From a virus: 64,000 nucleotides of DNA. The notes under the pieces are model-generated. The model was not told where the DNA came from and did not search any database. It saw only the letters and a list, made by a program, of their open reading frames with translations. The position numbers and the translations under genes were made by a program. Shown in pieces: positions 49,341 to 58,452 of this stretch (position 1 is its first letter; every line of letters begins with the position of its first letter). The stretch spans positions 75,777-139,776 of the IMG/VR virus record IMGVR_UViG_3300008107_000017; one strand, 5' to 3'.

Positions 49341-49622
49341 ATGGCAAAAAGGATAGTGATGCAAATAAATAAAACAAAAAACCGCCTCATGAGATTTTTG
49401 AGATCACTATTTGTTAAGAAACCTAAAGAAGTATTCCCTTATTCTGTAAAAGGATTTAGAGATGCTAAGAGATGGGCATTATCCCAACCTCACCCATTTG
49501 CTCCTGAACTTTGCCTATGGGATTATGTTAAAGCTATGGCTTATCATGAAACTGAACTCCAATTACATATTATTAATCAATTCGTTAAAGGTAAGCTTGA
49601 CGATAAACATATGTTTATATGA
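49341..49622 (+). CDS. Hypothetical protein
   Basis: ORF tiling. Confidence 0.55.
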   Translation: MAKRIVMQINKTKNRLMRFLRSLFVKKPKEVFPYSVKGFRDAKRWALSQPHPFAPELCLWDYVKAMAYHETELQLHIINQFVKGKLDDKHMFI

Positions 49623-50056
49623 AGATAGGAATTACATGTTCTGCATTTGACCTATTTCATGCAGGGCATGTTAAAATGTTAGAGGAGGCAAAAGGTCATT
49701 GCGACTATCTTATTATTGCTCTTCAAACAAATCCTACTATAGATAGGCCTAATAAGAATAAGCCTATACAGTCAGTAGTTGAAAGATACATTCAACTTGC
49801 CGCATGTAAATGGGTTGACCAAATAGTACCATACGAAACTGAAAAGGATCTTGAAGATATCTTCCTAACATTTGATATTCATGTTAGGATTATAGGCGAT
49901 GAATATCAAAGTAAACAATTTACCGCTAGAGAGATATGCAGTAATCGTGGCATAGAGATCATTTATAATAAACGTGATCACTCTTTCTCTAGCACTGAAC
50001 TTAGAAAACGAATTTATAATGAAGAACTTAAAAATCAAGTCAAAGTACCTTCTTAA
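49619..50056 (+). CDS. Cytidylyltransferase (TagD/glycerol-3-phosphate CT-like)
   Basis: FDLFHAGH (HxGH), NKPIQSVVER, FSSTELR. Confidence 0.88.
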   Translation: MKIGITCSAFDLFHAGHVKMLEEAKGHCDYLIIALQTNPTIDRPNKNKPIQSVVERYIQLAACKWVDQIVPYETEKDLEDIFLTFDIHVRIIGDEYQSKQFTAREICSNRGIEIIYNKRDHSFSSTELRKRIYNEELKNQVKVPS

Positions 50057-50124
50057 TGTTGAAGGTAAAAAAATTAAGGCAAACAGTCTTATTGAATTAA
50101 TTTGGAAGGTATTGAGAGGAAGCC

Positions 50125-50868
50125 ATGAGTAAACTTTACCTAGACTTTCTTGAGGTAGGTAGTAGTGATTTTAACACTATCATGGAATCCTGTAAAGAAT
50201 CAGAGGTAGGCATGGTCATTGAACCAATTAAGACCTACCTCGATAATTTACCCAATAAAGAAAATGTAATAAAAGTTAATGCAGCACTCTTATTTGGAGA
50301 CAGTGAACCTGTTCCAATTTATTACATTAAACCTGAGGTAATAAAGAAACATGGGTTATTTGAATGGATGAGAGGGTGTAATTCTATAGGTCATCCTCAT
50401 GATCATCATTTAGATTATTTTGAGACAATAGAAGAGTTTGATAAATGGCATTCTGCTTGGAAAGGACCTGATACTCCTAAAGGTAGAAACCTTCTTGAAG
50501 AAGGATTAGTTTCTATAGAACATGTACCTAGCATATCATTCTATAATCTTGTAAAAGAATTTAATATAGGTGGTATTAAGTACATTAAGCTTGATACTGA
50601 AGGAATAGATGCCGATCTTTTAGAATCAATATTGGATGATCTATGGGAACTTGACTCTGTTAAATTACCAGAAAAGATTATGTTTGAAACCAATGCACAT
50701 AATGATACTACGAAATCATTTCAGATAATTGAAAGATTAGGTAGAATGGGATATGAAATCTTGGTAGGTCAAGCCGACCCAGAATATTGGACTAAATTTG
50801 AGGGAACTATCTATAGAGACTGTAAAGCAACCTTAACACCTAAATGGGATGAGCATAAAAAAGATTAA
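50125..50868 (+). CDS. FkbM-like methyltransferase
   Basis: LEVGSSDF, IEP, IKLDTEGID, FE. Confidence 0.7.
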   Translation: MSKLYLDFLEVGSSDFNTIMESCKESEVGMVIEPIKTYLDNLPNKENVIKVNAALLFGDSEPVPIYYIKPEVIKKHGLFEWMRGCNSIGHPHDHHLDYFETIEEFDKWHSAWKGPDTPKGRNLLEEGLVSIEHVPSISFYNLVKEFNIGGIKYIKLDTEGIDADLLESILDDLWELDSVKLPEKIMFETNAHNDTTKSFQIIERLGRMGYEILVGQADPEYWTKFEGTIYRDCKATLTPKWDEHKKD

Positions 50869-51148
50869 GAAAGAGTATAAAGAAACTCCGAAAAAAGAAA
50901 TAGGTGGAGCAGTAATTGAAAACTTTACATACGGTTTCATAGGATCCGTTATTGTAGTATTCATTTCAAATAAAGTTGATATCGCTGTGCTTTTAAGTTA
51001 TCTGGCATATTACTTTTTTGTTGGTCGTGTTGTCAATCGACCAAAATATGTAACATCATTAGGTAAATTTATTGTATTTCCTGTTTCTGCTGCATTAGGA
51101 GCATTTACTGGATATAAGCTTGCACAATTTGTAACACCGTACTTATGA
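50849..51148 (+). CDS. Small multi-TM membrane protein
   Basis: Three hydrophobic segments. Confidence 0.6.
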   Translation: MSIKKIKKEYKETPKKEIGGAVIENFTYGFIGSVIVVFISNKVDIAVLLSYLAYYFFVGRVVNRPKYVTSLGKFIVFPVSAALGAFTGYKLAQFVTPYL

Positions 51149-51519
51149 AAATTGCATTAATAGCCCATGATGGTAAAAAGGCCGATATGGTTGCCTTCGT
51201 TATGAAAAGACTAGATTTCTTTAACAGAAGTAATGTTAACATTGTTGCAACCGGTACAACCGGTACAATGATCACACATGCCGGTGTTGATAAAGTAGAA
51301 AGAGTAAACAGCGGCCCTCTTGGTGGAGACGCCGAAATAGGTGCAATGGTGACAAGAGGGGAAATTACAGGTGTAATCTTTTTTAGAGATCCTCTTGATA
51401 AACACCCACATGAACCTGACATCCAAATGTTAATGAGAGTATGTGATGTACATGACATACCACTTGCAACCAATTACAAATCAGCACATATAATGATTAA
51501 ATATTTTCAAAAAAAATAA
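51145..51519 (+). CDS. mgsA: Methylglyoxal synthase
   Basis: IALIAHDGKK, ATGTTG, SGPLGGD, FFRDPL..HPHEPD, IPLATN. Confidence 0.95.
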   Translation: MKIALIAHDGKKADMVAFVMKRLDFFNRSNVNIVATGTTGTMITHAGVDKVERVNSGPLGGDAEIGAMVTRGEITGVIFFRDPLDKHPHEPDIQMLMRVCDVHDIPLATNYKSAHIMIKYFQKK

Positions 51520-51523
51520 TAAA

Positions 51524-52771
51524 ATGAAAACAGAATTATGTAATTTATTTGAAAAGTATAAAGCGGATAAATGCCCTACCGTTTTACATACATACTCACC
51601 GGCTTATTTTAACATTCTAAAAGATATTAGAAAATCTGCGAAGAATGTATTAGAAATTGGAATTGGTACAGTTCCTATCATGGAAGGTGGTGTTGGTATA
51701 AAAGGTTATGTACCAGGCGCAAGTATTAAAGGGTGGCGAGACTTTTTTCCTAATGCAACCATATATGCAGTTGATATAGAGGAATCCGTTATGTTCTCTG
51801 ACGATAGAATTATTACAGATGTAGTAGACCAATCCTCCGTTGATAGTATTAGAAAGTTTACAAAAAAAGTAAATAAACAATTTGATTTTATTATTGATGA
51901 TGGTTCTCATCTAATTGATCATCAAATTATATCTGCATATGAATTAGTAAATAATCTTGCTGATGATGGCATATACATTATTGAAGATGTTCATATAAAC
52001 TATATGCCTATTTACGAAGAGATAGAGTTTCCAGGTTTAACTAAGATACATACCCATCTTGGAACTGGTGATGTCTGGGATAATTTTATAGCATATAAGA
52101 AAACTAAATCTATAACTAAAGATATCCCTAAAATACTTCATATGATATGGGTTGGTAAACAAGAGCCGCCACAGTATTTTATTGATAATGTTAATAAGTG
52201 GAAGTCTCTTATGCCGGATTGGGAATATATGATATGGACTAATGATAAGATGACAGAAAAGTATTTTGATAAAGATTATTTAGAAGTCATAAATAAAGTA
52301 GTTAATCCATCACAGGCTTCTGATTTTATTAGATTCTATGTAATGAATAAGTGGGGTGGATATTACCTAGATGCTGATGTAACACCTATTCGCACTCTTA
52401 ATGAATTATCAATAAACCATCCTATTGTTTTATGTAATGATTTACCTGACAATGGCCCTTTCTATATGATGTCTGCATTTATGGGAGGTGTTCCAAACCA
52501 TCCTTTATGGATAAAATGTATGGAAGAATGCAAAAAGGTAGATCTTAGTATTACATACGGTGAAGGAGTAATGCCAACAGGGCCTTTTGTATTAGGTCTT
52601 GTTAGTCAACAACTCATTAATTGGAATGATGTAGGTGGATATACGCAATTACCTTACTGGTCATTTTATCGTAATCGTGTTGGCGATCCAAGTCCTTACA
52701 TGCCGGATCGTATTATGCAAGACCACCCTGAAGCATTCGGTAATCACTTTTATGCAGGTACCTGGCTCTAA
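51524..52771 (+). CDS. Methyltransferase fused to a GT32 (DxD sugar-binding) glycosyltransferase
   Basis: LEIGI...IIDDGSH...IIED; IPKILHMIW...SDFIR...GGYYLDAD. Confidence 0.85.
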   Translation: MKTELCNLFEKYKADKCPTVLHTYSPAYFNILKDIRKSAKNVLEIGIGTVPIMEGGVGIKGYVPGASIKGWRDFFPNATIYAVDIEESVMFSDDRIITDVVDQSSVDSIRKFTKKVNKQFDFIIDDGSHLIDHQIISAYELVNNLADDGIYIIEDVHINYMPIYEEIEFPGLTKIHTHLGTGDVWDNFIAYKKTKSITKDIPKILHMIWVGKQEPPQYFIDNVNKWKSLMPDWEYMIWTNDKMTEKYFDKDYLEVINKVVNPSQASDFIRFYVMNKWGGYYLDADVTPIRTLNELSINHPIVLCNDLPDNGPFYMMSAFMGGVPNHPLWIKCMEECKKVDLSITYGEGVMPTGPFVLGLVSQQLINWNDVGGYTQLPYWSFYRNRVGDPSPYMPDRIMQDHPEAFGNHFYAGTWL

Positions 52772-52889
52772 GAATATATAAACAAATGATAAGTACTCTA
52801 GGTAATATTGCTGCTGCCTTATTTGTTTTACAAGGAACTATAATGATGTTACCTCTTATTATACTTGGTAAAATTATTAGAGCTTTTAA

Positions 52890-53456
52890 GTGAAACATAT
52901 AAAGACATACGAAAAATTCCAATTAGTGGAAGAAACCTACCAGATCCTAGAGGGTAAGGTTTCTCATGAAGAACTTTCTGGAATTATTAACGAAGGTTTC
53001 TTTGGATTTATTCGTAATCTCTTTGTTGATAATAAAACCAAACGTGCTCTTGATAAACTCGCCGATGATCTATTTAAGACAAAGGTGGAGTTAATGAAAC
53101 TTGAGATCCAGGAAGACCAGGTAGATGCCTTTAAGGATGAACTTAAAGCAGCGGAACAAGGACAGGACTATTCATCTCAACAGGGAGACCTTGATACAAC
53201 TGACCTAGACAGGATTAAGGAAATGAAGATCAAATCTCTACAAGACCGCGAAACTGCAATATCTGATGAAATGGACAATCTTGGTCAGATATCGGATAAA
53301 CTACAGAGGTATGTAGAAAAGATTAAACTAGATGTCCGCATGAAGGCAACCGATGCTACAATCAGGATAGCTGACGATGAAATTGCCCGTATTCTACAGA
53401 AACTAAAGCGCGAGGATCAAAAACAATCCCAGCAAATTGACCGCGAATTACGTTAA
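52890..53456 (+). CDS. Coiled-coil putative capsid-internal protein (GTG start)
   Basis: Leader MKHIKTYEKFQLVEE; IINE. Confidence 0.55.
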   Translation: MKHIKTYEKFQLVEETYQILEGKVSHEELSGIINEGFFGFIRNLFVDNKTKRALDKLADDLFKTKVELMKLEIQEDQVDAFKDELKAAEQGQDYSSQQGDLDTTDLDRIKEMKIKSLQDRETAISDEMDNLGQISDKLQRYVEKIKLDVRMKATDATIRIADDEIARILQKLKREDQKQSQQIDRELR

Positions 53457-53487
53457 ACCTTTTTAGGTTAATGCATATAATATTCAA

Positions 53488-53877
53488 ATGAAAAACCTAT
53501 TATTTGCAATATTATTAGCAATTCCTTCACTGGTATCAGCCCAGTATGTTAACATTCCCCGTTACGATTCTGAAACTACCGCAAACCACATTATGATGGG
53601 TCATGTAAAATCCTTCTGTAGTGATACAGTAGAATTTGTAGTTGAAAAGAAAAATAACAGATGGGTAACTTCTTACTTGTCACCAGATGCAGTGAGTAAA
53701 AGAGTTTGGAAGATTTTACAAAAAGGGAAATCTCGTTTTACAGGAAGTACCACCAAGGGCTATACCTTTTACATAGCTGTTGAAGATATTAACGATGATC
53801 TTAAGCTTTATGAAAGCCTAACATTTCATATAGATCAAAGAACCCAAAAGATCTATATGATAGAGGTAAAGCTGTAA
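53488..53877 (+). CDS. Secreted protein (signal peptide)
   Basis: MKNLLFAILLAIPSLVSA-Q. Confidence 0.65.
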   Translation: MKNLLFAILLAIPSLVSAQYVNIPRYDSETTANHIMMGHVKSFCSDTVEFVVEKKNNRWVTSYLSPDAVSKRVWKILQKGKSRFTGSTTKGYTFYIAVEDINDDLKLYESLTFHIDQRTQKIYMIEVKL

Positions 53878-53915
53878 ACCTTTTCCGGTCTAAGCATATA
53901 ATACTAAACAACCAT

Positions 53916-54182
53916 ATGAATACCCGTATAGGAGTTCTGATTGCTGCAATGGTTGGAGCCATTGCAGGTCTTTCATTTGAACTCTATCAAACAGAAGAAA
54001 AGCTGGTACAAACCAGGCAAGAACTTCAAATACAAACAAACCGTGCCGATTCCCTAGATGCAGCCATTTGGCCTATTGAGGTGGAGCTGTTTAGATTTAA
54101 TCGTGCATATGTAATCTTCTCTAAAAGAAACCCTGAAGCTGCCGCCGAGTACGGAACTATTATCTCAGACGAAACTGAATAG
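53916..54182 (+). CDS. Membrane-anchored coiled-coil protein
   Basis: N-terminal TM helix. Confidence 0.6.
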   Translation: MNTRIGVLIAAMVGAIAGLSFELYQTEEKLVQTRQELQIQTNRADSLDAAIWPIEVELFRFNRAYVIFSKRNPEAAAEYGTIISDETE

Positions 54183-54183
54183 T

Positions 54184-54798
54184 ATGACAGTTGCCAACAA
54201 ACTCAACCATCCTAAATGGAAAGCCTTTATTGCTCATGTAAAAGCAGAATGTAAACGCGCTGGTATAAAGGTAGAGTTAAGACCTGTAGGATACCTAAGG
54301 CTAGGGCAAGGTATGAAATGTTCTGGATACTTTGATGAAGAGAACCGGAAACTGGCAGTAGCCATGCTCAATCCAGTAGCAGATGGAGTCCTGGTACATG
54401 AATTTGGTCACTTTACCCAATGGGACGAAAAGATTCCTATTTGGTCTAAAGCTGGGTTGTCAATGGCTCATATTGAAGAGTGGTTAAATGGAAAGTCTAA
54501 GAAGAACATTGAAAAGTGGATGGCCGTTTCTAGAGATCTGGAACTGGACAATGAAAAGAGGACAGTACAGTTAATTAAGGATTGGGGTTTGCCAATTAAC
54601 ACAGAGAGATACACACAAGGTGCCAATGCATACATCCTATTCTATAATTGGATGTTGACCTCGAGACGGTGGTGTAAGCCAGGTAACACTCCCTATTCAA
54701 ACAAGCGGGTTCTAAATGCATGTTCCTCTAAGTTCAATATGCGATACGACCAGCTATCTGCTAGAATGCGTCAAGCATTCGAAGAGTCTGGTATCTAG
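54184..54798 (+). CDS. Zincin-like (HExxH) protein
   Basis: LVHEFGHFTQW...ELDNE. Confidence 0.6.
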   Translation: MTVANKLNHPKWKAFIAHVKAECKRAGIKVELRPVGYLRLGQGMKCSGYFDEENRKLAVAMLNPVADGVLVHEFGHFTQWDEKIPIWSKAGLSMAHIEEWLNGKSKKNIEKWMAVSRDLELDNEKRTVQLIKDWGLPINTERYTQGANAYILFYNWMLTSRRWCKPGNTPYSNKRVLNACSSKFNMRYDQLSARMRQAFEESGI

Positions 54799-54799
54799 T

Positions 54800-55358
54800 C
54801 AATTCAAAGTCTTCAAAAGGCAGCACATGGAGCACACCCGCTCTCTCAAGCAAGCCGCTCTTCCCAAAAACCCCCTAAATCCCCTTATACTACTAGTAGA
54901 GCTCAAACGGCTCAAACCACCCTATCCACTACCTCTAGATCCCAAACATCCACACCATCTGTAATACTAAAAGGATCCCGTTACTCTAACCCTATATAGA
55001 CTCAGTATGCTCATTCCCGTGGTCCACTAGGGATTACCAGTCGTCGCGGTTGCGAATCCGGTAGTCTCTAATCTGGCTCTCTGGTCCACCTTCCAGATCT
55101 AGTAGATATATAGGGACTACCAGGGACTCTAGATCTATCTAGATACCGCTTTTCCACTCAAAGTACTCAACTACTTCAACTGACAAGATCACCGGTAGCC
55201 CATGTCTCTTGGGTCAATCCAAATCCGGCCGAGCAACAAGACACACCATCTACTCCCCTGAAATACGAGACCCTCAGGTACAACGAGTACTATGAGTACA
55301 GATCCACTCCCTCAGGCACACTTGACACCCAAATCCCTGTAGTGGCGAAGCAAGAGTC
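54800..55358 (+). other. C-rich non-coding region with clustered palindromic hexamers
   Basis: No credible ORF; contains ACTAGT, GAGCTC, TCTAGA, GGATCC, AGATCT, AGTACT, ACCGGT, CGGCCG. Confidence 0.55.
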
Positions 55359-55406
55359 TTTCAGAATCCCTACTGGCTTGTTATATTTACTATAAATACT
55401 ACCACT

Positions 55407-55757
55407 ATGGGAAAAGGATACATCGGAGAAAGCCGCGGCGAACGCGCAATGAACAAAATTATTAGCCACATAGAACGCAGTGACCGGGCAAAGGCTGGCA
55501 GAGAACCTGAGAAGTACGCAGGTAATTCGCTAGTAGATCAACTAAAGGCCGCCTATGGCAAGGACTGGGAAAGTGAACTGGAAGAGATCCGCCGCGAACA
55601 TCGCGATCCCCAGTACAAGGCTGCCAAGGAACTAACCCGCACAGAAGCAAAACGAAGATACTGGGCCCAACCTCGCAGTGAACGCGACTCTAGTGGAATC
55701 ACAGAAGGACAATACGTGGCTCGCGCCCTCAACCAGTGGCGTAAGGACTACAAGTAG
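55407..55757 (+). CDS. Hypothetical early protein
   Basis: Class I promoter at 55359; stop abuts cassette copy 4. Confidence 0.65.
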   Translation: MGKGYIGESRGERAMNKIISHIERSDRAKAGREPEKYAGNSLVDQLKAAYGKDWESELEEIRREHRDPQYKAAKELTRTEAKRRYWAQPRSERDSSGITEGQYVARALNQWRKDYK

Positions 55758-55864
55758 ATTGTTAATAACTTTTTCTCTCTAGAGAGAAAAAAGTCTATGC
55801 TAGATTTTTTTATCCCAATTATTTGTATTAAATTTATACTATACAAATAAAATAAACGGATATG
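55758..55864 (+). repeat. Early regulatory cassette, copy 4
   Basis: Includes the near-perfect palindrome ACTTTTTCTCTCTAGAGAGAAAAAAGT. Confidence 0.85.
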
Positions 55865-56326
55865 GTAAACTACACTGATCAACCCCAACTAGCAAAAGAC
55901 CTAAAAGAAACTAACGACTGTTTCGTACGTGCCCTGGCAATGGCCGCAGGGATCTCCTATAATGAAGCCCACCAGATCGCTTCCGCCGAATTTGGCCGTA
56001 AGGAACGCAAAGGTACTAAAGGGGTACAGGGAACCATCCACCAGTTAAACCAGAGAAACCGCCTGGCTCACTTAGGCCTGGAGATTCAAGGAGTTAACCA
56101 TACCTATGTTAACCGCCGCGGTCAGGTTCGTGGCCTTAATATCCGTGGATTCTACAACCGCTACGGTAAAGGACACTACCTGGTACTGGTAAGCGGCCAT
56201 GCCCTCGCAATCATTGACGGTCAAATCCAGGATTGGACCACAAAGGCAAAACATATTGGCCGTACTGTCCAGGCTGCCTACCGCGTGGCTAACCTCCGCC
56301 AATTGGATCTATTCGCAAATTGTTAA
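55862..56326 (+). CDS. Hypothetical protein, possible papain/C39-like Cys-His-Asp fold
   Basis: DCFVRALA...GHALAIIDG...D; ends N-C-stop inside copy 5. Confidence 0.5.
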   Translation: MVNYTDQPQLAKDLKETNDCFVRALAMAAGISYNEAHQIASAEFGRKERKGTKGVQGTIHQLNQRNRLAHLGLEIQGVNHTYVNRRGQVRGLNIRGFYNRYGKGHYLVLVSGHALAIIDGQIQDWTTKAKHIGRTVQAAYRVANLRQLDLFANC

Positions 56327-56413
56327 TAACTTCTCTAAAAAAAGTCTCCCAAAAATTTTCAAATCCCAATTTTTTGTATTAAATTTATACTATAATTAAA
56401 TAAACGGAATATG
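56318..56413 (+). repeat. Early regulatory cassette, copy 5
   Basis: Same elements as 39027. Confidence 0.85.
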
Positions 56414-56584
56414 ATACAAACCACTAAAAACTACCAGATCGAATTAAAAAATGATCTACTAATGGTTAAGGACTCTAACGGTCAATTACTAAAAGCATTC
56501 TGCGTACCTGTATGGAACGCTGTTGAAAAGTTCCAGGAGATGGTAAAACGCTGTAAGGAAATGGAAACTAAATCTGGTAAGTAA
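56411..56584 (+). CDS. Small hypothetical protein (57 aa)
   Basis: Manual ORF MIQTTKNYQI...KSGK*. Confidence 0.65.
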   Translation: MIQTTKNYQIELKNDLLMVKDSNGQLLKAFCVPVWNAVEKFQEMVKRCKEMETKSGK

Positions 56585-56585
56585 T

Positions 56586-56810
56586 ATGAACCCATTCGCA
56601 GAGAAACATCCACAAGGGTATCTACCTAAAATCCAATACTGGGCCACTGCATTGGCAGAAGCCGCCTATCTGGGAGAAGCCGACCGGATCCCATACATCA
56701 AATCCAAACTGGACTACTTCACTGGCCGCCAAATGGAGATTACGAAAAAGGACATCCCTGGATTTGAAGGTACCTCATCAATGTTAAACAACTTAACTAT
56801 ATACAAATAA
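56586..56810 (+). CDS. Hypothetical protein
   Basis: ORF tiling. Confidence 0.6.
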   Translation: MNPFAEKHPQGYLPKIQYWATALAEAAYLGEADRIPYIKSKLDYFTGRQMEITKKDIPGFEGTSSMLNNLTIYK

Positions 56811-56811
56811 T

Positions 56812-57687
56812 ATGGCAAAAACGGAAACTTTGCAAAATCGCTTAACGCAGATCAAGGATGTCAAATATGCTGAAGGCCTATTCGACGCCCACAAAACAGG
56901 AACCCCCTTGGATGGACTATTTAGTATCGATGGCGGTGTTCCTAAGGCAACCAACTGGATGGTGGTTGGAGACCCTGGAGTCGGTAAGAGTACAGTTACT
57001 CTGGATATTATCGCAAATGCTCAAAAGCATGGCTCAAAGGTACTCTTCATCTCGGCTGAGATGAACCAGGTGGATCTTTACCTATATGTACAACGTTATC
57101 CTAAATTTGGTAACCTGGATATCTTCTTTCCACAGGAACTCGAGGATGGAGAAGATCCTCGCCGTGTACTACGAGAAATCCTTGATGAAGGATATGACCT
57201 GGTACTGATTGACTCCTTCATTGAACTGCAACAGACAATCCGTGAACATGCACACATGACGAGTAATGGTTCAGAGAAGTGGTTATTGGATTTAATGTAT
57301 GGCCACAACCTCGGCGGTAACAAAGCCGGTAAATTTACCTCATTCCTCAATATCCAACAGGTTAACAAAGGTGGTACATTCGTTGGAAGTAATAAACTAA
57401 AACATATGACCACTGGTATGATGGAGATCCGATTCGTGGATGAACGCAGTCAGGATGAAAGGTATGTAGTATTCTCTAAGAATCGCCGAGGTCATGTAGG
57501 AAAACAAATGTTCTTTGATCTCAGTGCTGCCGGTGATGTGAACTACGACACGGAACGATTCAAAAAATCAGAATCCTTGAAGGAACTGAAAAAGAAGGAA
57601 AAGGAATTGGTAAAAGCCCAAGGCCTTGAATTTGATAAACTATTCGGCCTTGGTTCTGAAACCACTGAAACTGAAACTGAAGCCTAA
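56812..57687 (+). CDS. RecA-superfamily ATPase (RadA/Sms-like core)
   Basis: TGTPLD..F..DGG, GDPGVGKST, FISAEM, LIDS, LKHM, SKNR. Confidence 0.8.
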   Translation: MAKTETLQNRLTQIKDVKYAEGLFDAHKTGTPLDGLFSIDGGVPKATNWMVVGDPGVGKSTVTLDIIANAQKHGSKVLFISAEMNQVDLYLYVQRYPKFGNLDIFFPQELEDGEDPRRVLREILDEGYDLVLIDSFIELQQTIREHAHMTSNGSEKWLLDLMYGHNLGGNKAGKFTSFLNIQQVNKGGTFVGSNKLKHMTTGMMEIRFVDERSQDERYVVFSKNRRGHVGKQMFFDLSAAGDVNYDTERFKKSESLKELKKKEKELVKAQGLEFDKLFGLGSETTETETEA

Positions 57688-57706
57688 ACATTTAAACTAA
57701 ACGGAT

Positions 57707-57964
57707 ATGATACAAGAATTTTCAAACAAAGACATGCAGCTGATCCGCTCATCACTCCTCACACGGATTGATCGCTGCAAAGATATGATCAAACTATACA
57801 AGGATGATCTAGAGCGGATGGATAGTGGTAAGTATAATTTCTATTTAGAGGAAGGAGAAACCATTGATGAGGTTGCTGATAAACGCCGTGCAGCCACCGT
57901 CAATGTAATCAGGATCTATACTGAAGAGTTGGATTATCTAAAAGGTATGTTGGAGCGGATCTAG
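57707..57964 (+). CDS. Hypothetical protein
   Basis: Preceded by AAACGGATATG; stop abuts copy 6. Confidence 0.6.
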   Translation: MIQEFSNKDMQLIRSSLLTRIDRCKDMIKLYKDDLERMDSGKYNFYLEEGETIDEVADKRRAATVNVIRIYTEELDYLKGMLERI

Positions 57965-58070
57965 AATTGTTAATAACTTTTTTCACACCAGAGAGAAAAA
58001 AGTCTCTAAAATATTTTTTTATCCCAAAAAATTGTTTTATATTTATACTATAATTAAATAAACGGATATG
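57965..58070 (+). repeat. Early regulatory cassette, copy 6
   Basis: Same elements as 39027. Confidence 0.85.
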
Positions 58071-58358
58071 GAAATTACAAAACAATTTATCGAACAAATC
58101 TCAACAATGTCAACCGAAGAACTTCGTAAGGTACACTCTGCCATTGTAGGACAAATCAACTACCGCAAATCAATGGATATGCAACGTGCAAAAAGCCAAC
58201 TTTATGTAGGTGCCAATTGCAAAGTTAACCATCCTAAAGCATACGGTAAGACCTTCATTGTACAGAAGATCAATCCAAAGAATGTTATTTGTGCCGAGGC
58301 TGGCAAACCAGGATCGAAATGGACAATCACCGCTTCAATGTTGGAGGTAATCGGATAA
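58068..58358 (+). CDS. Hypothetical protein (SH3-like C-terminus)
   Basis: LYVGANCKV...VQKINPKNV...WTITASML. Confidence 0.6.
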   Translation: MEITKQFIEQISTMSTEELRKVHSAIVGQINYRKSMDMQRAKSQLYVGANCKVNHPKAYGKTFIVQKINPKNVICAEAGKPGSKWTITASMLEVIG

Positions 58359-58452
58359 ATACAGTAGGTGAGAAAAACCTCATCCTAGAGAAAAAACTCT
58401 TTCAGAAACTGAAACAACTTGTTATAATTAAAGTATAAAAATAAATCGCAAT

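Noticed and set aside
54716-54964. 82-aa ORF extending into the non-coding region
   Set aside because: Overlaps the upstream gene by 83 nt; its Pro/Leu/His bias simply reflects the C-rich DNA
39027-58070. Cassette repeats as a CRISPR array or integron attC sites
   Set aside because: Copies are about 100 bp, dispersed and separated by whole genes; GTTAATAAC does not fit RYYYAAC/GTTRRRY; no cas genes or integrase in the window
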